From NCBI GenBank assembly GCA_038087875.1, contig CM075977.1, positions 240,932,001 through 240,996,000 on the forward strand: a DNA stretch of 64,000 nt, written 5' to 3'. The notes beneath the pieces were generated by a model. The model worked only from the letters and a program-made list of their open reading frames with translations, did not search any database and was not told the DNA's origin. Shown one piece after another: positions 38,121 to 49,600 of this stretch. Each line of letters begins with the position of its first letter. Position 1 is the first letter of the stretch. The stretch comes from Malacoraja senta (Eukaryota). The translations under genes and the position numbers were made by a program.

Positions 38121-38607
38121 GAAGTGCTGGGGATCATTGCCACCCGAGGCAGAGGTAAGGAAGCTGGGTGACAAATTGAAAATGCCCACCCTCCGTTCAT
38201 AATATTCCGTAAATGATGCACAGCAACGTTACAAGCCCTCGTCTCGTCATTATTTAATTCATTTTTTGTTAATGTCATGGGGGATAAAAGCTCGGAATCT
38301 CCTGGTTTAGCACACTACAGTCGCGATTAATGCCTTTAAAGCGATAACGCATAGATCTAGAACAGTGCGATTAAATAGGGATACACGTAGATAGGGATAA
38401 ATGGGAAAACTCCAAGCAAAGAATCAGTTCATTCTCAAGACCGGACGTGTGCTTGATCTAGGTGGAGATGGCAGCTGGAGATACAATAAATAACTCGTAC
38501 TCATCAACTATAATAGCTTTTATGTTCTCACAAACAAGTAATACAAGGGGAAAAAATAGGTCTTTGCTACATGTGTCCATAAAGAACACTTACAAATAGT
38601 CTAGGAA

Positions 38608-38703
38608 AGACGACACAAAATGCTGGAGTAACTCGGCGGGACAGGAAGCATCTCTGGAGAGAATGAATGGGTGACGTTTCGGGTCGAGACCCTTCTTCAG
38701 ACT
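38608..38703 (-). mobile_element. Penelope-like terminal fragment
   Basis: GACACAAAATGCTGGAGTAACTCGGCGGGACAGGAAGCATCTCTGGAG...GAGACCCTTCTTCAGAC. Confidence 0.85.
38673..38700 (-). ncRNA. Minimal type-I hammerhead ribozyme, best-preserved copy
   Basis: Minus strand CUGAAGA-A-GGGU-CUCG-ACCC-GAAAC-GUC. Predicted cleavage is after the C at 38673. Confidence 0.75.
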
Positions 38704-40829
38704 ATGGTGCCTGAACAGAAGGGAAGGGTAGGGTGGGGGGTGGGGGGGGGGGGGGGTGGCGACGACTAAAGTATGTGGCATTTGGGTAAAATGGATGAGA
38801 AAGCTTACTGAATTCCAGATCCCTGAAAGAAAGGTGCGTTAAATCTTTACGCGCGTCTTTGCTTTGATGTCTGTCACAAGCTATCGTTGCTGGATTATTG
38901 ACCTGTGAAGGGCAAATCTTAATATATCGAGATCATTAAATGTATTATTAATTTAAATATATAAAGATATCAGGATATATATCGCATGTCAACTTTGAAA
39001 TAAAGATGAAATAAACGAGCCCTAAATGTAATTGGGTCCGAAAGCAAGAACCGATATCAAATGGGGCATAACATTATGGTTAACCAACCCGGAAGTGACA
39101 AGACTTGATCTACTGGTTAATTTATGTGAATGTTCTGAGCTGGTTAATCAAAAATCTGGAAGGCAAAACACGAAAAAATACAAAGCCCACTGGACAACTG
39201 TGAACCAAAAAAAAAAGGTTTGAGGAACCAGGCAACAGAACAGAATGCACTCCTTTCAAAGCTATTCAGAGGCACACTCACATATAGTACAGACAGTGCT
39301 GAGCAGACTAGAGAGTGCACCCAACCCCCAACGCCACCCCCGCCGACTGCAATTGCCTATCAGAGCAGAAAATTGTGTTTATTTATTTTAGAAGTCAGTA
39401 GGCATTTGTCAACTTTACAAATTGCAGCGAAAAGAGGCCAGGATTGCGAAAAGACTGCGTTGCAGCGATTGACTAGCAGTCGGCTTTTGCAGGGTAAACA
39501 TAAGCCAACTTGGAACAGTTTTAGTAAATGTCACCGTGCCTGAGCGTTCCATTTTAAATACCAGCCCGACGTCGACTTGCTTTACATTGTTTGACTAGCT
39601 CTGAAATAAAATTCAAAATCAAATGACTGGAGATTCCCCAGTCCCCGCCAAAACCGTGCACGTCGACAGTCTTTTCGTTTCCCATTAAAGGATTCGCGCC
39701 TGGCGATCCGGTTTCCAGTTCACGTCCGCAGTCTGCAACAGTCCACTGATCAGTAATTTGCTTTCAGACCTCTGCATAGCAATTACTGATGTGGGGCTGT
39801 GATCGAAGCGTTGCATTTGCATCGCACGAGCTTCTTTAATTTAACATATATAAAAAGTCATTTTGAAGCAAGATTAATCTACGATAAGAGCCCCAACGTT
39901 TCCTTTCCTCGGCGCGTTACGACCTCACACTAGTTAGGCAAACACGCCGGCAAAGATGAAAAGAATCGGGCCTCGTGATGTTCCCGGCTGGTTTAACACT
40001 GCGGGTGCATTGCAAATAGTGTGTGAATTCTCCTATATTCTTCTATACTCGGTTTCTTCCTTCAGAACTTCTGAGTCCCAGTATTGCCACTGATCTGGTT
40101 CCCACTCCACTAAACAACTGCATCAGTGCAAAGGCATTTGGCCACGCAGACATTTGAAGGCTTTATATGTCAATTTGGTATAAATTAGATGCTTTCTGAC
40201 CTTTGCTGTCTTGTTGTTTTCTGCTACACCATGAAATTGATTGGCATCTTGTACAGATCCCCATTTCAAGTTAAAATGTGCCATGTGTACCAGTGTGGGT
40301 TTAATCCGCATATGCATGTACATGTGTGACATACTAAAGTGAAAAGGCTGAATGCTCTTTCAGCTTTCACTTTATCCAAATGGATTAGGCTCTGCAAATA
40401 TTGGCAAGCCGTTGTCTCTGGGTTGGCCACCAAAACCAGACGCACAAAGACGGCCTTCAAGAGCAAGTCATAACCTGGATGATTTGGTTACTCGCCCTTT
40501 TGGCACCCAAAACACAGGGATAGAAGGAGCTTGACAGAATGCCCTTCATTTACTCCAAGAAAACATGCACTTTGGAGAAAAAAGTAGCTTAGTAACATTC
40601 AAGCAGATGATTGCGACTCCATCTACCGCAATACGCATTAATTCCCTCTGCCGCTATTCATCAAGACTATCATGTGTACTATGTACAAAATGGGGCCAGT
40701 GTAGGTTGCTTTGAAAACAACTCCAAAACTAGGACTTCTACCACCAATAAAGGAAGCAGCTGCACAGGAAAATCACCAACTCTGGGTTCACCTCTAAGTC
40801 ACACTCTTTCCTGACTTGGTAATATATGT

Positions 40830-41354
40830 GTGAAAAGGAACTGCAGATGCTGGTTTAAACCGAAGATAGACACAAAAAGCTGGAGTAACTCAGCTGGACA
40901 GACAGCATCTCTTGAGAGAAGGAATGGGTGACTTTTCGGGTTGAGACCCTTCTTCAGATTGGTTAGGGATAAGGGAAACAAGAGATATAGAAGATGATGT
41001 GGAGAGATAAAGAACAATGAATGAAAGATATTCAAATAAGTAACGATGATAAAGGAAACAGGCCATTGAAAAGGAGATGCTAGTGCGACTTGGGTGGGGA
41101 GGGATATAGAGAGAGGGAATGCTAGGGCATCCTGAAGTGAGATAAATCAATATTCAGACCCACTGGGCTACTACATAAGCTGTGAACCAACCTGATCTCC
41201 CAGTTGCTTGGCATTTTAATTCTTCTTCCCATTCCTGCACAGACCATTCCGTCCTTGGTCTCCTCCATTGTCAGAGTGAGGTTAAATGCAAATTGGAGGA
41301 ACAGCATCTTATATTTCGCTTGGGCAGCTTACAGCCCAGTGGTATGAATATTCA
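40830..41354 (-). mobile_element. Penelope-like insertion with an inverted 5' segment, TSD TAATATATGT
   Basis: 40830-41169 is the minus-strand ORF end, pLTR and hammerhead (40930-40957). 41175-41352 is the plus-strand GIY-YIG C-terminus (DLPVAWHFNSSSHS...KLEEQHLIFRLGSLQPSGMNI). TSD at 40820-40829 and 41355-41364. Confidence 0.85.
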
Positions 41355-41639
41355 TAATATATGTTACTGCTACTTTGTTGTTGGGTCTATGTCCTGGAAC
41401 TCCCAGCAGAATGTTTGCAGCAGTTTGGAGGGAGATCTCCACAAGGTCAATGGAGGGAAGGGGCAGGGCATTAAATGCTCATCTTATCATTGACACATAC
41501 ATCATGAAAAATGAATGAAACAAAATATCACTGCCAATTGCTCTCTTTATGGAAGACTTCTTGGATTACAACTCGCTGTAAGAAACCATATGTATATTCA
41601 TAGACGACCAAATAGAGCATGCAGTAGCAAGTGCACATC

Positions 41640-42060
41640 GGTCCCACTATCCCCCTTCCCCTTCCCCCCTCCTTCCTCCTCCTTTCCTCCCCCCCTCCCA
41701 TTTCCCCTCTCCCCATTTCCTCTCTCCCCTTCCCCCATCCACCTATATCCCCCTCTGCTTTTAGATTGCACTCTTCTCTTTTTATCTGACACCCTTTTGT
41801 TTCCTCTACCCTTTGTCATGAACTGTCCATATGTCAATCAAACCCTCCTCACCTGTATCAATCTCTCACTTGCCAGGCTTTGTCCTGCCCCCAACTCTCT
41901 CTTCCAGCTTTGTTCATATTACCACAATCAGTCTGACGAAGGGTCCTAATCTGAAACATTGCCCACCCATTCCCTACACAGACCGCTCCCTGACCCATGT
42001 AGTTACTCCAGCATTATGTATTTTGCTGATGATTCTAGCATCTGCATTTCCTTGTGTCTC
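41640..42060 (+). mobile_element. Penelope-like pLTR fragment with degenerate hammerhead
   Basis: Pyrimidine-rich pLTR homologous in reverse to 7385-7525, then GTCTGACGAAGGGTCCTAATCTGAAACATT. Confidence 0.7.
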
Positions 42061-42410
42061 AATGGCATCTGTCTCTGTATCAAACAGAAATGTAGAGAAT
42101 TTATACTTAAATATGTTTTGCTGAAAATAATTGTAATTATAAATGATGATAACAGCTTGTGGTTTTGAGTCGGTCAGTCAGATTTAAGTTTCTCATTAAA
42201 AATGCTATACAGTATGTAGTGATGTTTATAAATACACAGTGGTACAATAGACAACCTTAAAAGAAAACAACGATGTCAGATATGTGCATAAACCCAAAGG
42301 AATGGTGAATACTCCAATCAATTATGATTTATTTTTCCATAAATTCTCCAGTCTCTATCTTTAAGTCTTTTTTAAATACACAAAATACTTTATTCTGTGG
42401 AGATCACCTA

Positions 42411-42537
42411 GAAGAAGGGTCTCGAGCCAAAACGTCACCCATTCCTACTCTCCGGAGATGCTGCCTGATCCGCTGAGCTACTCCAGCTTTTTGTGTCTAT
42501 CTTTGGTTTAAACCAGCATCTGCAGTTCCTTCTTACA
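42411..42537 (+). mobile_element. 127-bp Penelope-like terminal insertion, TSD CACCTA
   Basis: Begins inside the hammerhead (GAAGAAGGGTCTCGAGCCAAAACGTC) and ends GCAGTTCCTTCTTACA. CACCTA at 42405-42410 and 42538-42543. Confidence 0.8.
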
Positions 42538-42667
42538 CACCTACAGAGAGCAGTTCCCTGTCCTAGAAGACAATGGTAATGAGTTGCATTCAAACATTGA
42601 CTTTAATATGGCAGCAGTTAAAAATAGATTGCAGTATGAAGACGTAATGATAATTTGAAAGAAATGG

Positions 42668-42759
42668 ATCTGTTGAAAATATTCAACAGTATCTGTTGAA
42701 AATATTCAACAGTATCTGTTGAAAATATTCAACAGTATCTGTTGAAAATATTCAACAGT
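42668..42759. repeat. Perfect 4 x 23-bp minisatellite of a palindromic unit
   Basis: (ATCTGTTGAAAATATTCAACAGT)4. Each unit contains CTGTTGAA/TTCAACAG. Confidence 0.95.
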
Positions 42760-45700
42760 AAATCAATTTAAGGACATTACTACATAAAATCATAGTTTGT
42801 GCCTTTTTTGACGCACCATACATTCTGGACTTCTGGATTGAATTCTGCAAAATAATTATCACTAATTAACATGCAATATAAAGTAATACAGTCTGAAAGA
42901 GTTAGCTAATAATATTTATTTTTAAGAATTATAAGGATTTTAAGAATTTCTTTCTATACTGTTCTTAAATGTGGTATTTTATAATTGGAAAAGTATGCTT
43001 AATTTTACTTTAACGATTTTATATATTAATTTTAAAACCTCAACGCTTTGTTACTGGGCTGCAGATTTATATGCTTTTTTCATTAAAGCAAATGTCCCTT
43101 ATTACATCCTTAAATACAACAGGGCTTCACTGATATTAATAGCCAGGGGGAGCTTAGCAACAATGAAAACAAATAGCAGAGCTGGTTTTGCTTTTTTATC
43201 CCACAAGGGTGCTTTGATTCTCCTTCTTCTTCTTTATTATTATTTTCCTTTTTCTCCTGATTTATTTATTTTTCTTCTGCAGAGGAGGTACTAAGTCATA
43301 TACGGTAGATGTTGTGAACAACTACACTTTGAATATAAACATGCCATCCATATTTGAAGTGTGGAAATTGTGCTGGTACAAATTGTGGGACAATCTCATC
43401 CAGTATTGCTAATGTGATAAAAATCACACCAGTCCATTCCATGTAGCCAAATAAATGTTCTAATTGGCCAGTCCATTTTGTTGAGCTAATGATGCTATTC
43501 TGGATTTTCTTTGTATTTTCTTTAATTGCTGTGCTGACTGAATCCAAACAGCCTCTTTGTCAATGGTATAAATGTACTTTCCTTGAATGAGAAAGGAAGG
43601 AGTGATAAAGAAATAGTGATAATTTTTGTTGAATTTGGAGCATAATGTTGTCAGTCTGTAAATGAAAAATTATGTTAACCGAGAAGTGTAGATGGAAGAA
43701 TTGTGTACAGCATTATATACTGATCAATACATTACAGACAGAATGTCACACAAGATAAAATAATCACTATATTTCTATTGGGAATGCATGTTCTTAAAAG
43801 TTCATGTTGATTTGGGTCTTGAATGTTTCTGGTTCAGATGGTATTGTGGAATGATGCAGACCCAGTGTTCATTGTTATTTTGAGCTGCATTCATTGGATA
43901 AAACAGAACTGTCTATACTAACCAGTATCAGAAGCTAAATAGCAGAGCTCTCTCCAAGACAAAGTCTACTGCTCGCTCATTAATTTCCCAGACTTTAGGC
44001 CACATTCATACATCTACCATTAGATTACTTTACATATATTTTTGCCATGGGCAAACAGCAGTCATAGACTTGCTATCCACTTCTGTTGAAGTATGCAAAT
44101 AGTTTGAGATGAAAAATGATTAAAGAGAATAATTCCCCCCCCCCCCAGCCCCCCCTCCACCCCCCTCCCCCCACACCCCCCCCCCACCCCCACATATGTG
44201 CAGACGGCCAGTTTGTGACAGGACTGTTGAGACATTGGCAATGGTATATTTCCAAAAATGACACTCAAATTTCATTCATTTTTGTATTTGGTTTGTATTT
44301 GGCCCTCCATATTTGTTTTCCCACAGGAATTTCAGGTATACTATTCTTTAATCAGTGACTTTTAGCATTATTCTTGGTGATTTTTTTGTTTTTTAATTTG
44401 ATTCGTGTGGGTTAGTTTCACATGCAGATTTCTCAAATTAAAAAAAAATCTGCTCCAGGTAATGAATTTTGTGTGCAATATTTAACTCCACAATTATATT
44501 CTATGAAATTTGGTAACTTACAAGCTATGTGGTATTACTTTTACTACTTGCCTTTCAGATTATACTTTAGCTATTTTCCCAGACAACTTCCCTTTGTATA
44601 ATACAGATATTTGACCTCTTTGCCTCCATATGATGAACAACTTATTAGTCACACAGAAAGTGTACAATTTATAATTGAAAGGATGCATTCCAGTAACAAA
44701 ACTCTTCGATCTCCAGAGTTGCCTGCTGTCATCTATTTTCCTTGCACCCGTAAGCCATATGGTAGCGTGGCTCAGTTTTCATGGCTTCATTTCTTCATCA
44801 AGCCTTTTTCCTGGTGCCACTGTCCTTGTTTTTGGTGACACGTCTGTGATATCTGAAATAAGGTTGTAAGCGGAGTAAGTGCTTCACCTGCTTCTGTAGG
44901 CATGGAGTTTATTTTTTATTGTGCTTGATAAATCTCTTCAGCAGATGTCCCCAAGGAGAGACGAGGCAGGTTGTAAATAGAGAGCTCGGCTTAATTACAT
45001 GGCTCTAGGCGCTTCAGTTGCATGAGCACTGGTGGTTTGGTGACAGAACCACTTTAGTTGGTGTGAAATTATATTACATACATCTGTTCATTTCCTATAC
45101 TTGTATTAAACTCATAATTTGGCAGGAAAAATGGATCAATGTTATGATCACCCAAGGTGTGATCATTTTTGTTTGACGGCAAACCTTTCTGTAGGTATTG
45201 AATCTTAATCGTAATTTTCATTTCTCATTGTCAGGAGATACCTGATACAGTGTCAAATTGTGTTTTGTTATTATTTTAAAATATTTCTGAATGGCAATTG
45301 CCTGATCATGTAGGTAATCAGAAGTGCTTTTTGACAAGATTTTTCATATTTTAAAATATAGTTTTTGTTATGACATACATTTTTTACTCATTTGGCAAAT
45401 GAGTTAAATTTAATGTGGAAGTGAGGGATTTCACTCTTTGGGAGGGTAAGTGGAGGGCAGTGAAAGAGGGAGAGGTGTCATTGTGGTTAACGTGGTTTAA
45501 TGGTTAATGGTTAAACTTTAATGGTTAAAGTCATTAAATGGTTAAATTGCTTCATAGTAGTTCTTATGCAGACGTGACTTGATAATTTTATCAAGTTCTG
45601 TTTCTTGTAGCTCCAAACTGCTGGAGATCTATTTGACAAAGATCTGCCATGACAATGGAAATATACAGCGGGATACACAAAATGGCGGAATACCTGTATG

Positions 45701-46300
45701 GATGTATATTTTATATCAATATATTCATTTGCTGTCACTTTGTAAATAGATTGTCTATTATTAAAAATGAACTAAGCATGATTCTAGCACTTGGAAAGTG
45801 CACAAAAAACATCTTTATTAGGTCTTTGTACTCCTCTTGGAGTAAATTTCACAGTGAATTACAGCTGAATAACATCAGCATGTTAGAACATTCTGTCACA
45901 GCAACTGCATGCATATCATTGCAATTTCCTTACGTTGTCAGGAAACATCAGTCCCTCCTGTGAAGTCTGTCAATGATACAGTCACCACCAATTTTTAAAA
46001 TCTAAATAAACAAAAACAAATCGAACTGCACCAATAAAGCCACAGAAACACTTACATTGTCTCAAATTTTCTACTTCCATCGTTTTCTCGAAATGCCTTA
46101 AAAGTGAACAATCGTCAAGTCCGATCTACCAGTGAACATATCCGTCTTCTTTGGTTGTGCCTCTGAAGACTTAACTTTAATGAGCATTGATTAGTGAATT
46201 CCACTGTGATTTAAAAAATTTAAATTGATCCCAATAATAAGGTGCCCCCAGTTATTTAAAATGTTCTTTCCATCTTTTTCCTGTCTTTCTCCCCTTGTAG

Positions 46301-46651
46301 GCCGTTCACCGAGATGCATCCTCCTCCATCTGGGGGAGAGCAGGACGGTCCAGGATGCAGACTTCTCCACGACTGCCGTCAATGCAGCTCTGTGAGCGGC
46401 TGGCAGGAGGTGCGATTTGAGAAGGGTGCGTTGGACAATGACACTTCTCCCTCATTCCCCTCCCTCCACACACCTTCCCAGAGAATGGAAACCCTCACTT
46501 CCACATTGCGCTTCCTCTAGGGGTCTGGTCAAGAACTGAGGAAGCTCAACCAACTGAGGCAACTGATTTCGAGTGACAGGCTGTCCTGGGACTCGGAACA
46601 AGTGAAACTTTGGTTGGGGATGAAGCGTGAAAGCTGCTTGAGCGGTCATTG
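46301..46651 (+). other. Candidate alternative/poison exon(s) of PCDH10
   Basis: Very strong polypyrimidine tract plus TAG at 46300, and a second tract plus CAG at 46481. GC-rich island in an AT-rich intron. No transcript evidence is available. Confidence 0.45.
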
Positions 46652-49600
46652 GTATCTATAAAGGACAGCATCACCCTATTTAAACTGAAAGGTTCCTTAC
46701 GGTTTTACAATGGAGTCCTCTTAAGGTTATTTATATCGTCCAAAGGAACGAATATTTTCAAAGGAGTGATTATCCCAACCAAGAGATGCAGAAGAAGCTC
46801 TCACATGACGATCATATTGCTAGCATATAAAATGAAACATTGGTGACTTACAATTCAGGTTGTACACACAGTATTATTAGTGAAACCGTGATACCATTTG
46901 CCAACTACTGGATTTTCTTTTCATCCTTTTTATATTTTTTGCTTGTCCTCTTCAAAATCTCTAATTCCTGCCTATGAATTGAACTACTCTCAGATGCTGA
47001 AGTGGAATTAACTGCTACTGGTGTCTCACCATGCTGGTTACACTGTGTGTGAGCCTTGACTGCAAATAACAGGAGAGAGACTGTTTGAGCATGGGAGGAT
47101 ATCAGACCTGAGACCGATAATGCCCTTTCCTAAAGTTCCCACAACATACCTTACTACTGTTATGGGATAACAATCAATTGAGGAATGCTATCTGATTTAA
47201 TTAACCTTTGAAGCTCAGTTTGCTAATGCCAGTTGGAATGCTCGCTTTGGTCTTCTGATTGAGATAATCTCATTCAGCATTTACCACTCACCAAGAGTCA
47301 AGGCTGGCATTATCTTTGTAAGACACTGGGCAACAGCGTTACCAACTTAGGAAGGAGGAAGTCAACCCATGTGTGACTTTTGTATTCAAAGCAAGCACAG
47401 CTTATACTTGGGAATGGAACAGTTTGATTTTGGGCACTTTATTGTGTTATCACAGATCAAGTTCACCATAATGAAAGGCAAGTGATCACCTTCCAATGTC
47501 ATCAACGGCATGCATTAACTTCAACTTTGAAAAGCAATCACTCATCATCAAATCAAAGCTTTTTTATCTTTTGCATTTCTCTGAATATGATTGCCAAATT
47601 AGTACAGTTTTCTTCTGTGGGTTGTTGCTCACTGTGGATTGTTAGAAGTTGCATACAATAATTGTGTGGATTCTTGCAGCCAGAGTAGTTTTTCTCTCAA
47701 TCTGGGTTGGATTGAACCCAGGTGTCTGGGATGAAGTGCCTATATTTTATGGTCCACACAAACATTGCCTCACCCAGTTCTATGTTGCAACAACAAACCA
47801 AGGGGAAAAAATGTAGTATTAATGGTATCAGATCATTTCATCTCATGAAGAGATACTATTGTGGTCGGATTTTTTGAGTGAGTTGTTCCAAAATATGAAT
47901 ATGATCTATTAAGTGAAACTCCCAATGATTTTTTTTAAATGTTGATTTGTCAATATTATAATAAAAAGATGAGAAAATTCAAGGGAAATCACAAGCGATA
48001 ATTAGTATTAGTCTTATTTAATTAATAAGATATTTGAACACAAACTAGAAAAGTATTGATAATTTTTAGAATTGTATTATTATAGTATTATTAATAATTA
48101 TGACATTTTGTTGCAGTGTTACAATCTGTCATTAGATGCTGTTAGTTCCTTTAGGAATTACAGTGCTATACAATGGTTTTTAAGGGTGCTACAGATACCG
48201 AGTATCAGTTAAAGTTGTTATCAAACTATGAATGTACTGAAGGTCAAAGTCAGAATTCATCTCCAAACCTCTGAAAGATGTGTAGATTTTAGAAAAAGGC
48301 AACAGTTTTAATCTTCAAGAATCTGGAGCAACTAAAACAAAAGCCACTGCATACATTTCCATATGTATTGAAATAAATCCTTCTCTGGAACAGTTATAAG
48401 TTATTATTCATATTTTTATGAATTATATGGGTAAAGTTTTCCATCTATAGTCATTTTTTTTAAATAGCAAATTTATGCATTTTCCACCTCTATGTATAAA
48501 ATGAGTGTACATTTGTAAAATTTGGGTCAAAATGTTTTTGATAGCGAGCAGTGTAATTTGAGAGGAAGCTCCATGTAGGAGCAAACCAGATTTTTTCCGC
48601 TGCATTTTCTTCACTTCTGTTGGTCTAAATTTTTGACAAAGCATAAAGATTTGTTAAGTTCAGGACTGTCAGTGTAAAGTACTGGAACATTAGGCTGAAT
48701 CAATAATATATTAAAGATTTGATGTCTGTGCAGAATTCTTTTAGATTGCTGAATACCACATTTATATTGGAAATGGCTCTTAGAACATAAAATGTTAAAC
48801 TACAGAGTATTATGAAGTAATTATAACATTGAAACTGGTTATTTAAGCTAAAAGGTCTGTGAATGTGTTCACAGTCCACACAAACCTACTTTTTTATCTC
48901 ACCCATAGATTTCCTTATTTTCCCCTTCAAATGTTTACTTTGTCTTCTCTTGAATGTATGTATCCTACTTGTTTTCCATTATATCCTATGGTAGTGATAA
49001 CTGTGTTCTACTAAATCCCTGAGTCAACAGATTTCTTCAACATTCCCAATTGGATATACTGTAAATTTTCTGGACTTGCTGGCGAGTAGGAACACCCTTT
49101 GCAATTCTCCTTTATAAAAACCCCTTCTTATTCTTAAACCTCCAGTGGATCTTCACTCGGTTTTTGAGAGAAGAGTTTTCCTATAACATTATCAACTTCT
49201 TAGTTTCAAAATAATTCTTGTAGTTGTACCGCTTCCCTTGTGGGTGTAATTAAAGAGTGATGAGTTTTCGGTCAGTATTTACTGAAAATATATATGTGAT
49301 AAGGACCAAATGTGCAATTGGAAAATTGGAGCAGGATGTTGTCTCTCCACCCTGGTCCAATTACCAGACATGTCTAACCCTGCTCCATTGAGAAAATGCA
49401 ACTGTTCTTGATTTTCCGTGTACAAAATGACAGGACTTTCATTGTAAAGTACCAAAAGGGAATAGTAAATAGAGTTAAATGTTATTACTGTAATATAACC
49501 AAAGGATATGGTAAATGTTGAGTTAAATAGCCTGTATAAGTTACTATATAGACCAAGGCAGCAAAGGAGGAAGTAACTGTAGGATTACATGTGAGAATTA

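Noticed and set aside
42668-42759. CRISPR-like palindromic repeats
   Set aside because: Units are directly adjacent with no spacers, there are no cas genes, and the DNA is eukaryotic intron.
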